Below are positions 26,694 through 41,400 of a stretch of 64,000 nucleotides of DNA, one piece after another. The translations under genes and the position numbers were made by a program. Origin of the DNA: Lytechinus pictus (Eukaryota); the NCBI RefSeq assembly GCF_037042905.1, contig NC_087252.1, positions 11,780,001 through 11,844,000 on the forward strand, read 5' to 3'. The notes under the pieces are model-generated. The model did no database searches and was not told where the DNA came from. It saw only the letters and a list, made by a program, of their open reading frames with translations. Numbering within the stretch: position 1 is the first letter of the stretch; every line of letters starts with the position of its first letter.

Positions 26694-29600
26694 TAGAATA
26701 TGAAAAAAATTGAGTTTCAGAATCTTCCCCAAGCATCGTCTCAGCAAAACATGTATAGTAGCCATCGTCTTGTGCAGAAATTTTTGAAATGATCAGAACA
26801 CTCGAAGTCAAGGTATCTTCTTCTGTAAGACCCTGATGAATCTGACGACGGGTGCTATTGTTGAGTTGCTTTCCATTACAGAACCAGGTTATCGAGGCCA
26901 CAGGTCTACTATCTGATGTACACGTGAGCAAGGCATCCACGCTATCTCCATCAACAGGTACCCGACGAACAGAATGGTCCACAATGACTGGAGAATCTAG
27001 ATGAATATAATAAGAGTGGACAAATCTACATAAGAATAATTGAGACATTAAAAATACATGTTATTTCAAGTAAGCGCCAGACTAAACGAACCAGTATCTT
27101 TTTAAATAATGGTTGTTAATGAAAGAGTAATGAATGCCATCTGGTTATAGAGATGATATAAAGTAAAGGAGATAATAAAAGAATAGGGATTCAAGGAAAT
27201 GTTTTGGGGAAAACTGATCTGCTTGTAATACGCTTGAAGCGCTAATTGCTGCGAAATCAAAGATGGTCAATACTCTCGATCGTTACAAGAAACATATTAT
27301 TACCCTTCGTCCGTTTGGAGCATGCTCAGAGTATTCATCAATTTTTGAGGACATGATGAATATCTTGTGAAAGTTCTCGTGAAATCGAGTTAGAGATCTT
27401 AATGTTGCAATGCGTTAAGTTAGAAGACATCAAGAAATTCTTGTGTTTTTTTACAGTTCGATAAAAATGAATAAATATAAAGGGCTTACAAAGAACACGA
27501 AGAATACTAATAACACTCCAAGCCTTTATCGATGGTCTATCCTGGTGGACACCTTGATGAACTTCGCAGACAAGTCGTTGTCCGTGTTCGTGTCTCGTTG
27601 GTGTTATAGCTAGCACACTTCTAGCATCAACCCGATGATTTTTGTTCCTAGAAGATATGCTGTCTGAATCCTTAGTGATGTTCTTTGTGTCAAGAAACCA
27701 CTGGAAAGTTGGTGTAGGGTAGCCATTGTTTGATGTGCAAGTTATATTTGATGATATTCCATCGAAGATTTCTTCTGTTCCACTGAAGTAGGGAGGATCA
27801 GGCGGTCCTAAGAATTATCACATAAGCCTATATTAATTTGTGGCATGGTAGCTTATGACAATTCAATCTACACGTAGGAGAGACACATACTACATCTATC
27901 ACACTTCTAAATGTATCTAAATGTAAGATGATTGTGTTTCCCATCTCATGGCTAGGTTTTAGACAAGGAAACGTTTCGAATATCTTAATTGATTTTCATG
28001 TGTGAGTTTTCATCATAATTTCGATTACCCGATCTGTGTACATAAATGAATTTATACAAAATAAAATTGTCGCTGTAAGTTCATGGTGTGTTATAAATCG
28101 GACAAGACTTGTCGAATTTACCGATACAATAATTAATTTAGATGAACATTACAAAATGACATCCTTGAGATTTATTTATTCTATGTACTACAGAATGAAT
28201 TATTTTCACTGATCTTATCGATCTAATATCAAATTCGGGATGGAGCAACGATCTGGTATTGATGCACTCAACGGAAATATGCTCACCATAAACCGTAATC
28301 TTCACTCCTACTTGACGTTGGCTACTGCCAGCAATGGCCATGCATCGAAGAACCTGTCTGTGATGCCTCCTCTTCGGAATCAACTCCAGAATAGACTCAG
28401 TGTCATGCAGTCCATGTTCTACCTCGTTCTTGCTAAACCTTGATGTTGAATTTATAGTGTGATTATTTGAACCAATGAACCAGTACATAAGAGCGTGAGG
28501 GCGTGATCCTACACTTTTACAAGTGAATGATGTTGACGAATCTTCAAAGACAACATAACTTCTTGAGCCTTCTTTGCTGATAGTTATTCCATTAATTGCA
28601 GTTAGAAATAAATCAGTTGGCGATACTATAACATAAAAGAAACAAATTTATGACTTAAACATGACTGAAAAAAGAGAAGAAACGGAAAATATTTCTTGAA
28701 AGTGTTTTTATTTCATGAACTAAGTACAGATACACGTGATTTACCATTTTATTTGAAATTTAAAAAGTGAATGCAAATGTTGCATATTTGAATAAACATC
28801 TTCAGAATCTTCAGTACACATATATAGCCCAACTCATGCAGCTTATGACAAAAGGGTGTACCTTTAAAACATATAGGGAGTTCTACGATATCAGTAGGCC
28901 TACTTACCTTGAACTTCTAGGATGATAGACAATTGTAGTTCATGGGCCAGCTCCTGATGCAAAGCCACACAACGTAACATCTTTCCATCATCGTCTTTGG
29001 CTGGATTTAACACAACCTCTTTATAAGATGTGTAGACGTTACCGTGAATGAAGCAGTACTGATCTTGCTGCTGAGCTTGTACTTCCTCAGGAACTTGCCA
29101 TTCTAGCTCTGCAGGACTTCTAGCGCTTTGGATTGAGCATGTCAGGTAGTTGGTCCTCCCATAGGTGACGGCTACTGATGCTCCATTCGTGTATCTTTGA
29201 CTGGACCGATCGGTGATTGATAGCAATCTTGTTATGGCTTAAAGGTAGAAAATGTATATCGCATTTATTTTTACAGGTACAATGGCCTTATATTTCTTTG
29301 TTGTATTTTTTCGTGATCACTTTATCTTATTGTCATTTGATTCGTTCTATCTTTATTTGCTATTTGTCCCTATGTGCTGTATTTTATCAGCGCATCGTTG
29401 GTAGCGCAAGTGGGTCATTATAGTTCCAGGAATAAAGGTTATCTTTCTCGTCTCTAGCTGCCAACCGATGCGCTCCTTTATGCTATAAAACGCACTTGTA
29501 TAGTCTCTATCATTTCAATTTCATCACTTGTAAAAATTTCATTTGTATAATGTAAACATCCGTTCTCGAAAGTGCCAAATAATATTTTTAAGGAATAAAA

Positions 29601-30030
29601 GAATATAATACTAATGGCTTGCATTACCTGGTAATTGTATATTCAAATGAATTCGACTTAGCCCTGTGTGGTAGTCCGTGCTTACAAAACACTGATAAAC
29701 ACCGCTGTCATTCAGTGTTAATGTCATAATAGTAAGATTCCCGCTGGAAGAATCCGCTATCAAACTGTACTTGCTGTTGTCTGAAACTTCGTGCCTATTG
29801 TGGCATCCATACCCCTGACATTTTTTATCAGTTGCCAGAATATCACCATTCCCGTTTCTCCAATTTAGTAATCGAGTTTGGTATGAAGGTTCGTATGTGC
29901 AGACAAGAGTAACATCATCTCCAATGACTGGATCGACTTGCGAGTTCTGAATACGAGTAGATACACTCATTTCGTACGTCTTAGACACAAAGAAACTAAA
30001 AAACAGCAATATGCAAAGCCAGCAATCCAT
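26694..30030 (-). CDS. Cassette C7: fused signal peptide+V exon, A, B, C, D
   Basis: L+V 30030-29628 (MDCWLCILLFFSFFVSKTYE...LVC...NW...DSGVYQC), A 29237-28908, B 28625-28287, C 27807-27490, D 26996-26694. Possible short terminal exon 26323-26298 (IRKLLEAI*), uncertain. Confidence 0.85.
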
Positions 30031-30753
30031 ATTGTTATTCCTTCTCACAGTCATGTGAACCGAGAGTAGAACAGTAGTCATCATGCCAATCGCTAGGGGA
30101 TCTAAACAGAACATGAGTGACAGAGTAAGTAGACGGTTTACAATCATGGTAAAATAAGAGATTGCAACAATTACTCATTCCCATTTATCATTCACATAAG
30201 AAATGAAAACGAAAGTCCGTGATTTCTCTCAAGGACATAAGTGGATTGAATTGTTATGGGGTCGTTTACAAAATAAATTACTCTGAGTACGCGTCCTGCA
30301 CAATTTAAAGGTGTAGAGACAACGTCAGATTGTCCAACCTTTAATTGCCTCCGACCCATGTACCTACTATATCGATTGGAATGATTTTCTTTTTAAAACC
30401 TTATCTGATTTTTTAATGACCAGGGGCTTAGGGTTGATATTGTTGAGCCAGGGGAATGGGGAGACTTTACCTCTTGGATTACACCCCCCGTCTGTGACGA
30501 AAATTATTATGGAATCGCCTTGATTCATTCTTTTTCGAAAGAAGGTGAAGCGTCAAGTAAATTTGGGGGAAATGCCCATTTGTATTTGGAGTTTGGACAA
30601 AGAACGATCTATACAAAAGTGTTAAGAATGAAAATTAAATCTAAAGTGAAATAATTCTTTATAATGAGGATCAATACATATGAAGTATATTTTAGTAATA
30701 TACACATACTGACGAAATTGCATTGTATAAGTTCCTTCCATTTGAAGAAAGGT

Positions 30754-33700
30754 TTAGCTCTGCTTATGTTTTAATATTGAAAGTATTATTTCGTATAGGC
30801 CATGTAGGTTGAATGCAGATACGGACTCAGTTTCTCGACAGTGCCAATCTAAAATCTTGTATGACAAATTAAAATTATCCCTAATTTTCTGTGCAACGAA
30901 AAGAGTTGAAGACGTCGCCTGGTTCTGGTCGACGATGAGCCGAGAAGCTGAATCAGGGATGGCTGGATTTTAGCGTAGGGATGACGAGACATGCACGATG
31001 AAACTATTTATTATTTATTCATACTAATTTATACCATTAATTTAGGAATCAAATATGTTTGCAAATATCATGCCACAAATATTGAGTAAATTGAATGTTA
31101 TTATTTGGGAGCTGTCAATTACTTTCAATATGACGATAATAACAAAATAGACATGATAGAGAAACTTAACCAAAGAGCCACATTCACATAAATCGAAGAA
31201 AGATTATTGTTCTCCTTACCGTAAGATGTTGAGTTTAAGACCGTAGTTCCCGATCCATATGTTGAATTAGCTATACATTTGAAGTCACAAGAATCTTCAG
31301 AAAGGGGGTATTTAATTGCTAGTTCGCTTGAAGTCACTGTTTCACAATGTGCTACAGTTTTGTAGAGCGTCATATTTCGGCGACTACATAGCTCTGTTCC
31401 ATTACAGAGCCACTGAAAGATGAAAGCAGGAGGGTTGGCATCTGATGTACATTTCAATACAAAAGCAACATGTACACCACTCAAGGTAAGTCGTCGAGAA
31501 GTAATGGATACAATCGGGCTGTCTAGAAAAGAGGAATACATTTTGAAAATAATGAGTGGCTTTATACTGTATTTCGAGCATTGCTGTAGATGATAAGATA
31601 CCAATGTACAATTCTTAAAGGTGAATAACATTAAAGACTCTAACTAATCGTCATCCATCCAACCTCTTTTAAAAGTGAAAACCCCCACAATATTATTGAA
31701 TACAAATGCAACAGACATTAAAACATGAAATATAAGCAATCCAGGTCAGTGCTCCTTTATGTTTTTTTTCCGGATATAAATACTCACACGATATGTTTAG
31801 AACCATGCTATCATTCACTGAGCGACCCAAGGTTTTTCCAGGTTGAACTGCTTTGCAAAGAAGACTTTTCCCATGGCCAAACCTCCTTGGTATGAAGATC
31901 AGGGTGCTTACAGTATCGTATCGATCAGCAGAATTCAATGATGACTTAAGCGATGAATTATCTGTCAGGTTTTTTGATCCAATGTACCAATGAATGAGAG
32001 GAACTGGGTAGCCATTATATGTTCTGCATGTTACATTTGTTTCCATACCATCGTGCAGATCCATCGGAATGGTGATATTAGTGTCATCTGGTAGGCCTTG
32101 GGAAAATAAAGAACAATTGTTTAATGTCAAGCATTATGGGAAATGATACCGTTTAGGTGCAGAACATATTTATCACCTAACTTTTCAATTGTCGGCATGA
32201 AAAATGAAGTTCTTATATGCTCAAATGAGGTAAATAGACGGCATTGATTTGATAACCCTCTTGGTAGATTTGATTTTGTAGTTCATGAATTTCATATATT
32301 AAGTAGACACACTCTGCTTCTTAGTTGATAACTTTGACGAGAAGCGTCCATGTATCATTGCAACGTCAAATAATATATACGTTTTATATGAGTGTGATAC
32401 TCACCGTAAACCCTTAATTTTGAAAGATTTTGGCCAACAACCTCGCTGTCCATGAATGCATAACATTGAATGTACTTTCCGTGGTCAGTTTTCGTCGGGC
32501 GTATTTTGATGGTAGTCTCAGTGTCGAACAACTTCTCATCGAAGAGATTTGGAGTCTTTGAATAATTTTTTATTGGCATAATGCCAGAGTCACCCAGAAG
32601 ATCCAATGCTAGCTCAACTGCTGGGAAAGATCCAATACTTTTACACGTGATCGATGTCGGTGAATCTTCTTGGACGTACATCTCGTATGACTGAGACTGG
32701 TTAATTCCAGTTGGGAAGAGTAACACATTCATAGGCCAAACTACAAAATAGAAAAAAGGAAAGTTGACTGAAAGAGAAGAAAAAGGCTGACGAGGAAGAG
32801 AAGTGATAGGTGTCGGGGGGAGGAGGGGTTGCTATTTTTATAAATCATATATATCGAGTAGAAACGATTATGTTGGGACCAAATTCCACATGAGGTGAAG
32901 TAGTGATCGATCATTTGAAATAGGCAGAAAAGCGTTAGTAACAGAAATATATATATATGTCTACAATGACTTCAATTCATGTAAAGCCAAAATTCAGTGT
33001 CTTGTTGACCTAGATAATGGTAATACTTTTACCTTGTCAAAAACTAACATAATAACTTGATGCGGGTGATCATATAGAACCTTACATCTCTAATAGTCTT
33101 CCTAATAATATACCTTGAAAATTCAGATTGATTGAGCACTGAAGGTCATCTTGTATTTCTGGATGTGATGCGATGCAGCTAAGAATCTTTCCTTGGTCGT
33201 TCCTGGAGGGTATGATTGTAAACGCTTTCTGAGAGATGTAAGATCCGTCTCGAATGACATCCGCCTGATCCTGAGCAATAACGGTTATATCATCTGGTAT
33301 ACGCCATTCCAGTTTCGCTGGAGGCTTTGCCCGCGATGCTTCGCATGTGATGTTATATGGCCCTCCAGCTATTACTGGTACATGCGTGACAGAAAAGTTG
33401 TTACAGAAGAATCTGTTTCCTTTTCCAGTAGTAATAAATATTCTATTTGGTGGAGCTGATGATAAAAAAGAAAAGATGAATTGATTGTTTATCGCTTTGT
33501 CTTACAGTCTTTTGAAAATTTCTCGTCTCCCTACGAAATTTTCCGCGATATAAAGTGATTAAGATTTATGTATATATTTTTTTAGATTTCCTTGACAAAA
33601 GTTCCAGGGTAAATGTTTTGTTTTCAGTTTATAAGAAAAGGGAAAGCATTATGTCGGTACGATATATTTCTACCGTTTATTTAAGCTGTGCCCATATATA

Positions 33701-34910
33701 TTAATGTATCGTAATGTCTGTCGTTTTACAAACCATTCCACAAAGATATTCATATATATACTACGATCCTGGAGAAACAATGCTAAAGAAATGTATGTCG
33801 TGTAACATATAGAGCTTACATGCCACCTAAGCAATAAGAAATATACCTGGTGGTGACGCTCTCACTTGCCTGCTGGATGTTGGATATTTTATGAAACCAA
33901 TTTTCTCCTAGATGAGACCATGGATTTGTTTTTAATGTTTAATAAGGCATAATTTAACACAACATGCCACAGATCAATTTTATTCTGAGATATTTCGAAC
34001 ACCGTCATTTTCTATTTATGGATCTTATGTTTTAATAAATATACCTGGTGTTAACGGTCTCACTTGTATGCTTGATGATCCTGGTTGCTCGTTTCCATCT
34101 GTGCTGCTTAATGAACAATGGTACGCACCGCCATCATATTCATTAAGACGTTTAATTGTCAACTTTCCGGTAGAATTATCGGCTATAAAGCTGAATTTTG
34201 TTGTTGATGGAACATAATGCCATGTGCAGGGCAAATTCCTCCGACAGTAATGAGAGGCCAATAGGTGGTTGTTGCCCTTGGTCCACTCCACTCGCCGATA
34301 TCTGGTTTCAGGTGTGAAGGAACAGACCAGAGTAAATTCTTCCCCGATGACCGGAAGCGAGTTGTCTGTCTGGATAGACACTTGAAATGCATAGTTTCCT
34401 GTATGGGTTAAATTAAACATGATTTAAGGGGAATATCCACTGAGATGGTTAACGCAAGATGTGTTTTGTAATTTCTGCCCTTTGAAGGATTGAGGGAAAT
34501 CATAACAAGGCGACACAAATCTCGGACTCATTCAACATACCGTCGTCACCAGTGTTGGTTATACTGATGGTGTATATACTGATACTGTCTTTTCTAGAAA
34601 TAATTATATCGCAGCTATTCATCCACGTTAATATTGATGAATGCAACGTCTAGATATCTGAAATCGAAACGATTGGGCAATGAGATCTTTTATATATTCT
34701 CCATGCTGAGACAGTCTGTCACTTGTTTGAGATAGTTGAAATAATGCAACTTCAATTCCAATTATAATTCCCTCAAAACACAACAATATCATATTTTCAA
34801 AATTAAACTAGACACATACATACACATTTATATATAATATATTTACCAATTGTTGAAGTGACAATACCAAGAAACACGAAGATGATTTCTCCACGAATAC
34901 CCAGCATCAT
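30754..34910 (-). CDS. Cassette C6: leader + V + A + B + C + D + decayed FN3 stub
   Basis: Leader 34910-34847 (MMLGIRGEIIFVFLGIVTSTI), V 34398-34045, A 33455-33114, B 32740-32405, C 32096-31788, D 31522-31220, FN3 stub 30962-30754. Confidence 0.87.
33847..33880 (-). pseudogene. Orphan V-exon 3' end (G strand + donor)
   Basis: AGCAGGCAAGTGAGAGCGTCACCACCAG|gtatat resembles the C6 V end AGCATACAAGTGAGACCGTTAACACCAG|gtatat 200 bp upstream. Confidence 0.6.
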
Positions 34911-35144
34911 TCAGCATTTACAGCTATCGACACAAAATGGCAAGTACATGCAGTGAATGTTGGGCTGATTAAGAGTGACGTAAAAGATACATATAACGGG
35001 ATAAAATATGTTAACCGACATTTAGCTTTGGAGTGTCGGTCTGTGATTTATTACATTACAGTCCCTCTTGTATCCAATAGCGAATAGGTTTCAAAACCCT
35101 GACATTAATTACTCGACAGATTAGTTGGCAAGGTAAATTTGTTA

Positions 35145-35162
35145 AACAATAGCTGGCGCTAT
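35145..35162 (+). promoter_or_regulatory. CTCF-like CGCT motif upstream of C6
   Basis: aacaatAGCTGGCGCTat, about 240 bp upstream of the ATG. Confidence 0.45.
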
Positions 35163-35946
35163 TTCTTCCAGCGGTTATGGTAAACTACTTACTGTAACAT
35201 AATTGGCTGTTGAGGCAATGGACGCATCGCCGTCATTCTGACGTCATCATGCCGGGGGTAATATTTTGCATATGTCTGTGGGACGCTCGTTAGGTTTATT
35301 CCACCCAAGCAGATTAAGGTGCATAACAGGACTGTGCTGAACATGGTCATTTGATGTTATTTTTGCCGCGCAATTAAAGCTATTTAGTACCACTCATGAC
35401 CCATGGTCATGCATTTCCTACACAGGACGCGTTCAAGGCATTGTGCATGTATAGGGAAAAGAAGAAAAGGGTACTGTTTTCCACAATGGAAAAGCCAGAA
35501 AGGCACCTTTGATGCCGCACATTGTGAACTCGCCTAAAGGATCGTGCACCGTGCGGAATCTTCTCCCAGGAAACCGCGCGCGCATTGCATTTCCACCCAA
35601 GCCCTCGGTAATGGGTTAACTGCGGGTTGATTAATCAGAAAGTACTGCCGAGCGGCGCACATATTTTTGCACTTCACCGGCGCCATCAAAGACAATGTTG
35701 AAAAAGGGGTAAAGTCTTTGCTGGGGGATAGTCTTTCCTTTACTGTTGCTAATATTATATCAGTGTATAATTTTTTAAGCGGCGCCTTTTCTTTTCTTTT
35801 CTTTCCTTTATTTTTATTTATAAGCGGCGCCTTTTCTTTCTGTTACTTTTCTTTTATTTTTTCTGAGCGGCGGTTTCGGCGCCGCTCAAATATTAGGGGG
35901 GGGGGGGGGGGCGTGCACCTCCTATGCCCCCCTGGATCCGCCACTG

Positions 35947-36847
35947 TCCAATGTATTCATCTTCCAAAGAAAAAATTAAATAAATTGAAATGGGTAACGC
36001 TACAAGAAAACAGAAGTGACAACATTGCTATTATTTAAGATAATGACAGGACAGGCACCTACATATTTAATTGAAAGATTTTCATTTCATAGGCATACAT
36101 ATAATACACGGTCAGGTCCACTAACTTTAAATACCCCCCAAGCAAAAACCGAATCTGGTAAGAAAACTTTTACGTTCAGGGGGGGGGGGGGGTTATTGCT
36201 GGAACTCACTACCAATTCAAATGCAACAATGTAATACCACTACCAGTTTCAAAAGGGCTTTGTCTAATTTAAGGAAATTAATCACAAAGGGATAGGTTGG
36301 TGGAGGGGGGGGGGGGGGTATCTCGCCTTATAGTGGGGACTTTTTTATGTTTTACATGATTTTTCACCCATTATACCTGTATGTGTTATATCGTAGGTAT
36401 GAGACTTAATGATGACGGGTGTTTGGAAGGGTGTATGGTGTGTATCTGTTTGTGTGTAAGGGTGAGTGTGCAGTGTTGTTATACAGAGTTTTTTTCTCAG
36501 TAATTCAAATTAATTCATTTATAATTATGCATCTGAGTAATATTTCACCCTATAATAATGTTATATTTTCTGTATTATGCATTCATAATGAAAATATTCT
36601 GTATATTTTCAACTTAACATTATATTATAATTCGTAATAATTTGTATAAACTTACCTGCTTTGTATTATCACCTGGTAATAATTACGATTATTATGTTTG
36701 ATGTGTTATTCATGTATACTAAGATTGGGTGCCTTTTACTTTGTACATTTTATTCATGGCACGGCCCCAATGCAAATCAGACTATGTATCTGTTTGGATT
36801 TTTTACCGTGTGAAAATAAATTTATCTATCTATCTATCTATCTATCT
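35947..36847 (+). mobile_element. LINE (L2/CR1-type) 3' fragment
   Basis: Translates as LLFKIMTGQAPTYL...HTYNTRSG...PQAKTESGKKTFTFRG...WNSLP, typical of the ORF2 C-terminus. Ends with AATAAA and a (TCTA)n tail. Absent from paralogous upstream regions. Confidence 0.72.
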
Positions 36848-37616
36848 AATGTGTATCATGTGTATTATATCTTTGCGCAGAGCTTTACCTATTTACCTAC
36901 CAAAATTTCACTGCTAGAATCAAACTCTTGAACAAACATTAATAAAAAATCAAAAACACCCATTCATTTAGTTCACATCTACCGTAGATCAGATGTATAT
37001 GAGGGTAATGTACTACATGTAAAATAGGTTATATGTTATTGAAAGCCATTAGTTCATTAATAAGGAACTGTTTTAATTATAATTCATTTTCATCTTATCA
37101 TACTCTTTTAAAAGTGTAAAGACGTGATAGCATCTCTTCGCCTCTTACGTTACGCAAGGTGCGTTCCGGAACATGGCAGACCACTCGAAGGCGCAGGTCA
37201 CTGATGCCGAAATACGTAAGGAAAAAATATAAGAAAATAAAGTATGAAAAAGTATAGGAGGTATTCCGAAAGAATGTCAGCTTTCCGTTTATTAGACTGA
37301 ACTATAACGACTGCGATGATAAATGATTTCTAAGCCTTTCCAAAACAAAAACCGAGCTTAGGGTGAAAATAATCTTAATGGAAAACAAGGAATGCGACGA
37401 TCAATAGACATCAGGAAAGATTAAGCTTATTTTAGATTAATTGAAAAAATTGAAAGCAAAAGTAAAAACAAAATGTATTCTACAATTAGGACCGCAAACC
37501 AAAAGTTGTGGAAGGAAATAAACAGTGACAGTGACATCTGTCCCTATTAAAAATGGACAGTGACTAAGTTCAAAGGCTTGCCGATTAAACTCTTTGTGGA
37601 GCTTAAATTTGTCTTT

Positions 37617-38418
37617 GGCCGTGTTTATGCTTCCACTTTTCAGGCCAGAATCAGCGTTTCCAAACGTGATTAGTCCAAAACACGGTTGCGTCCATGCTTA
37701 CTTTCATTTAAACGCTGTTTCAAAACGCCGATCGTAAACTCACAAAAAGGTGCGTTTGTAAACGTCGTTTGACCAGAATCAGGCTTTCTGGGGAAGTATA
37801 AACAGAACCACGATCGTAAACGTGTTTCCGGTGAGATGAAAATCCGCGGGCAAACACAGTCGCATTGCTCCATGGTCATCTCATCTCCCTTGTTTTGCAG
37901 GTGTAGTAATATATATTACTAGTATTACTCTTCCAATTATTTTGTCATCGCGATGAACGTTGAGGGATTTACACACAAAAAACCTGGAACATGGGTTATA
38001 ATTGACATCGCCAGATGCCCCAGTAGCATAAACAAATATATATTTTATTATTTTGTATACTTGATATTCGTTATGTTTTCTTACTATTATCCTCAACATG
38101 GTGGAAATTATATGGTTATATCAAGAAGCTCCATGCAATGTCTAAAATATCGGAAATTGTTCGATGTTTATATAACAGTCGACGTACCTTCCCCATAAAA
38201 CACTCGGAAAAAAAAAACTTTCGAAAAAGGGCGCACCCAATTTGACCTCGCTTTCCTGCTCAACGAAATTTACGATGCGAAGCCAGCTGGAGATCGTGAT
38301 TTCGCCTTTGAAAAGTTAAGCATAAACAGCACTCCCAGAACCACGTTTACGATCTGCGTTTTGAATCGACGTTTGAAAACGCTGATTCTGTCCTCGCAAT
38401 GGAAGCATAAACACACCC
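37617..38418. mobile_element. PIF/Harbinger-like MITE, 3-bp TSD (TTT)
   Basis: TTT|GGCCGTGTTTATGCTTCCA...TGGAAGCATAAACACACCC|TTT. Empty site visible in paralogs near 45730 and 50920. Confidence 0.8.
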
Positions 38419-41400
38419 TTTGTTCTTTGATAACGAATATGGTTGAAGATGTCGTCTGGTTCTGGTCGACGATGAGCCGAGATGGTGGATCCGGGTTGGC
38501 TGGATATTATCATAAGGGATAATAATACATGTATCATGGAACGATTTAGTCTCCATTTACTATTTTATACTATTAGATTCTTAATACTTTATACGTATTC
38601 GAATGGTTACATGACACAGAAAGTGCGTCGAGTGAATAATCTTTGAAATAATGATGATAAAAATACATGACACAGTATCATTACTTTAATACAAAAAGCA
38701 GATGCATATGGACACTAAACAAAGGGAAGTGTTCTCCTTACCGTAAATTGTTGAGTTTAAGACTGCAATTCCAGAGCCATAAGTTGAGCTAGCGATGCAT
38801 TCGAACTCACAAGGATCTTCTGACCTGGAGTTTCCAATTGCAAGTTCGCTTGAAGTCACTGTTTCACCCTGTACTACAGTTTTGTAGAGCGTCATGTTAT
38901 TTCGGTGAACAAATAGCTCCGTTCCATTACAGAGCCACTGGAAGGTGAAAGCAGGAGGGTTGGCATCTGATGTACATTTCAATACAAAACCAGCATGTAC
39001 CCCATTCAGGTTTACTCGTCGAAGGGAAATTGATGCAACCGGGGCGTCTAGAACATATAGAGCAAATCGAACAAAGTGACAGTCGCCTTCTTGATCGTTT
39101 GGTCGACTATTTGATATTTACCAAAAAATAAAGACATGGATATTTTAGAGGTTCATTAACAGTTCTATGGCTGATAGTCATCAATCCACCCTTTCTTAAG
39201 TGAAAACAAAATAACTATCAAATAAATATAAAGAAAAGATAGGAATCTCATTATATATTCAATTCAGGTCTATACTACCTTAACATCTGAAAGGTATACT
39301 CACATGATATATTCAGAACCATGCTATCATTCCCTGAGCGACCCAGGATAGTTTCAGGTTGAACTACTTGGCAAATAAGACGTTTTCCATTGTCAAACCT
39401 CTTTGGTAGGAACGTCAGAGTGCTTAAAGCATCATATCGACCAGCTCTATTCAATGAAGAACTCAGCAATGAATAGTCTGTTAGGTTTCTTGATCCAATG
39501 TACCAGTGAATGAGAGGAGCTGGGTAACCATTCGAAGTTCTGCAAGAAATGTTGGCTTCCTTACCGTCGTATAGATCCACTGGGTTAGTCACTACAACAT
39601 CTGGTGACCCTTTGAAAAATGTGTTTTAGATGATAACATTGCTTGTGAAATTGTGCCATTCTTAATTTAAACGTGATTTCCAGCATTTTGTGACAAAAAT
39701 AATCATATTCGATTAACAGACAAAGTCAAATAGATGTCATTTATTCGATGATAACCTCGTGGATACATACAATTTCGTAGTATTGTTTATCAGCGGCCTA
39801 GTATTATTCTCGTTAAGGCTTTTTTTAGAAACTCATTTTGAACGTTCAAGCATCACCAAAATTCTTAAGAACACTGAGATGACGATAATGAAAGAGAATA
39901 CTTACCATAGACCATCAATCTAACCCACACTAGACCGACAACCGTGTCGTCCATTGATGCATAACATTGGATGTACTTTCCATGGAACGTATTCGTCGGG
40001 TATATATTGATGGTAGTCTCAGTGTCGAACAAATTGTTATGAACTACAACACTGGTAGTCGTTGAAAGGTTTGTAATAGGAATAATATCAGTGTCACTAA
40101 TGAGATCCAATGATAGTTCAGTTGCTGGGAAGGATCCAATACTTTTACAAGTGATTGATGTCAGTGAATCTTCTTGAAGGTAAAGGACTGTTGATTGAGA
40201 CTCGTTACGTCCCGTTAAAAAGAGCAGCACACTGGTAGGAAAAACTGAAACGAAATGAAGATATATAAATTGACCATGTAAATCGTACCAAATGTCGAGA
40301 TCAAAATGCGTAGTTTAAAGATGAAAATAGTCATGCTAATTTATTTAAAAACATTTTTCAAAGTACGCAGTATAAAATTGATTGAAGACTTTGGCTTTAA
40401 CTATCAGAGACTCATAAAAACCTATGTTTCATATACCTGATACATACCATGAACAATCAGATTAATTGAGCAGTGGAGGTCATTCTGGAGTTCTGGGTGT
40501 GATGCGATGCAGCTGAGAGTCTTTCCTTGGTCATTCTTGGAGGGAGTAATTGTTATCACTTTCCTTGACTTGTAAAAGTTGGCTTGAATGACATCAGACT
40601 GATCTTGAATTACGGTGGCCATACCTTCTGCTACACGCCATTCCAGTACTGCTGGAGGCCTAGCCCACAATGCTTCACATGTGATGCTATGTTTTTTTCC
40701 GGCCGTTACAGAAATGTTGTTGAAGCAGTAAAGAGTCTTTTTTTCAGCTTTGATAAAGATTCTATTTGGCGAATCTGGTGTAATAGAGAAGAATGAATAC
40801 CTTTTGCGATAGCCATTTTCTTTCTTGAAATGCAATCGCTCAGAAAAATATGAATCTACAGATTGAGATCACTGTTTAGCAATAAAATATCAGTTTTTGC
40901 CCATGAACTGTAGTCTCTTATTGAAGATTGTTTGTAACAAACGTATTAAACATACCGAATATAAACACATTTATTGATGCCCATTTTGTTTCCGAAGTCG
41001 GGGACTTTTTTTCCAACCGAAATTCTATGGATAAACTTGCATACCTTAAAAACATTATCTAAACTATACAAAAAATCTTCTTGAGTTGTTTTACTCTCAA
41101 GAAGGTATTGACGAAAATGTTTCCATTCATTGGATATTGTAGAAATCAATGAATTAATTCAAAGAAAATTACAATTAAATTTGCATTTTTGTAAAAAAGT
41201 TGTATGTGAGAGAAATTGTTTTGTTCATCAAATAAATGTTTAACACTGATGATCCCATTTTTAAGCCAAAATTGTTTATATATAACTTTCCCATCTACGT
41301 CGATCAATGAGTTATTCCGTATTACTTGATTCTTTATATTTAAATCAGAAAAAAATAGGAAAGAATGTTACACGACCCCACGCAATTAAAATTCCTCGAA

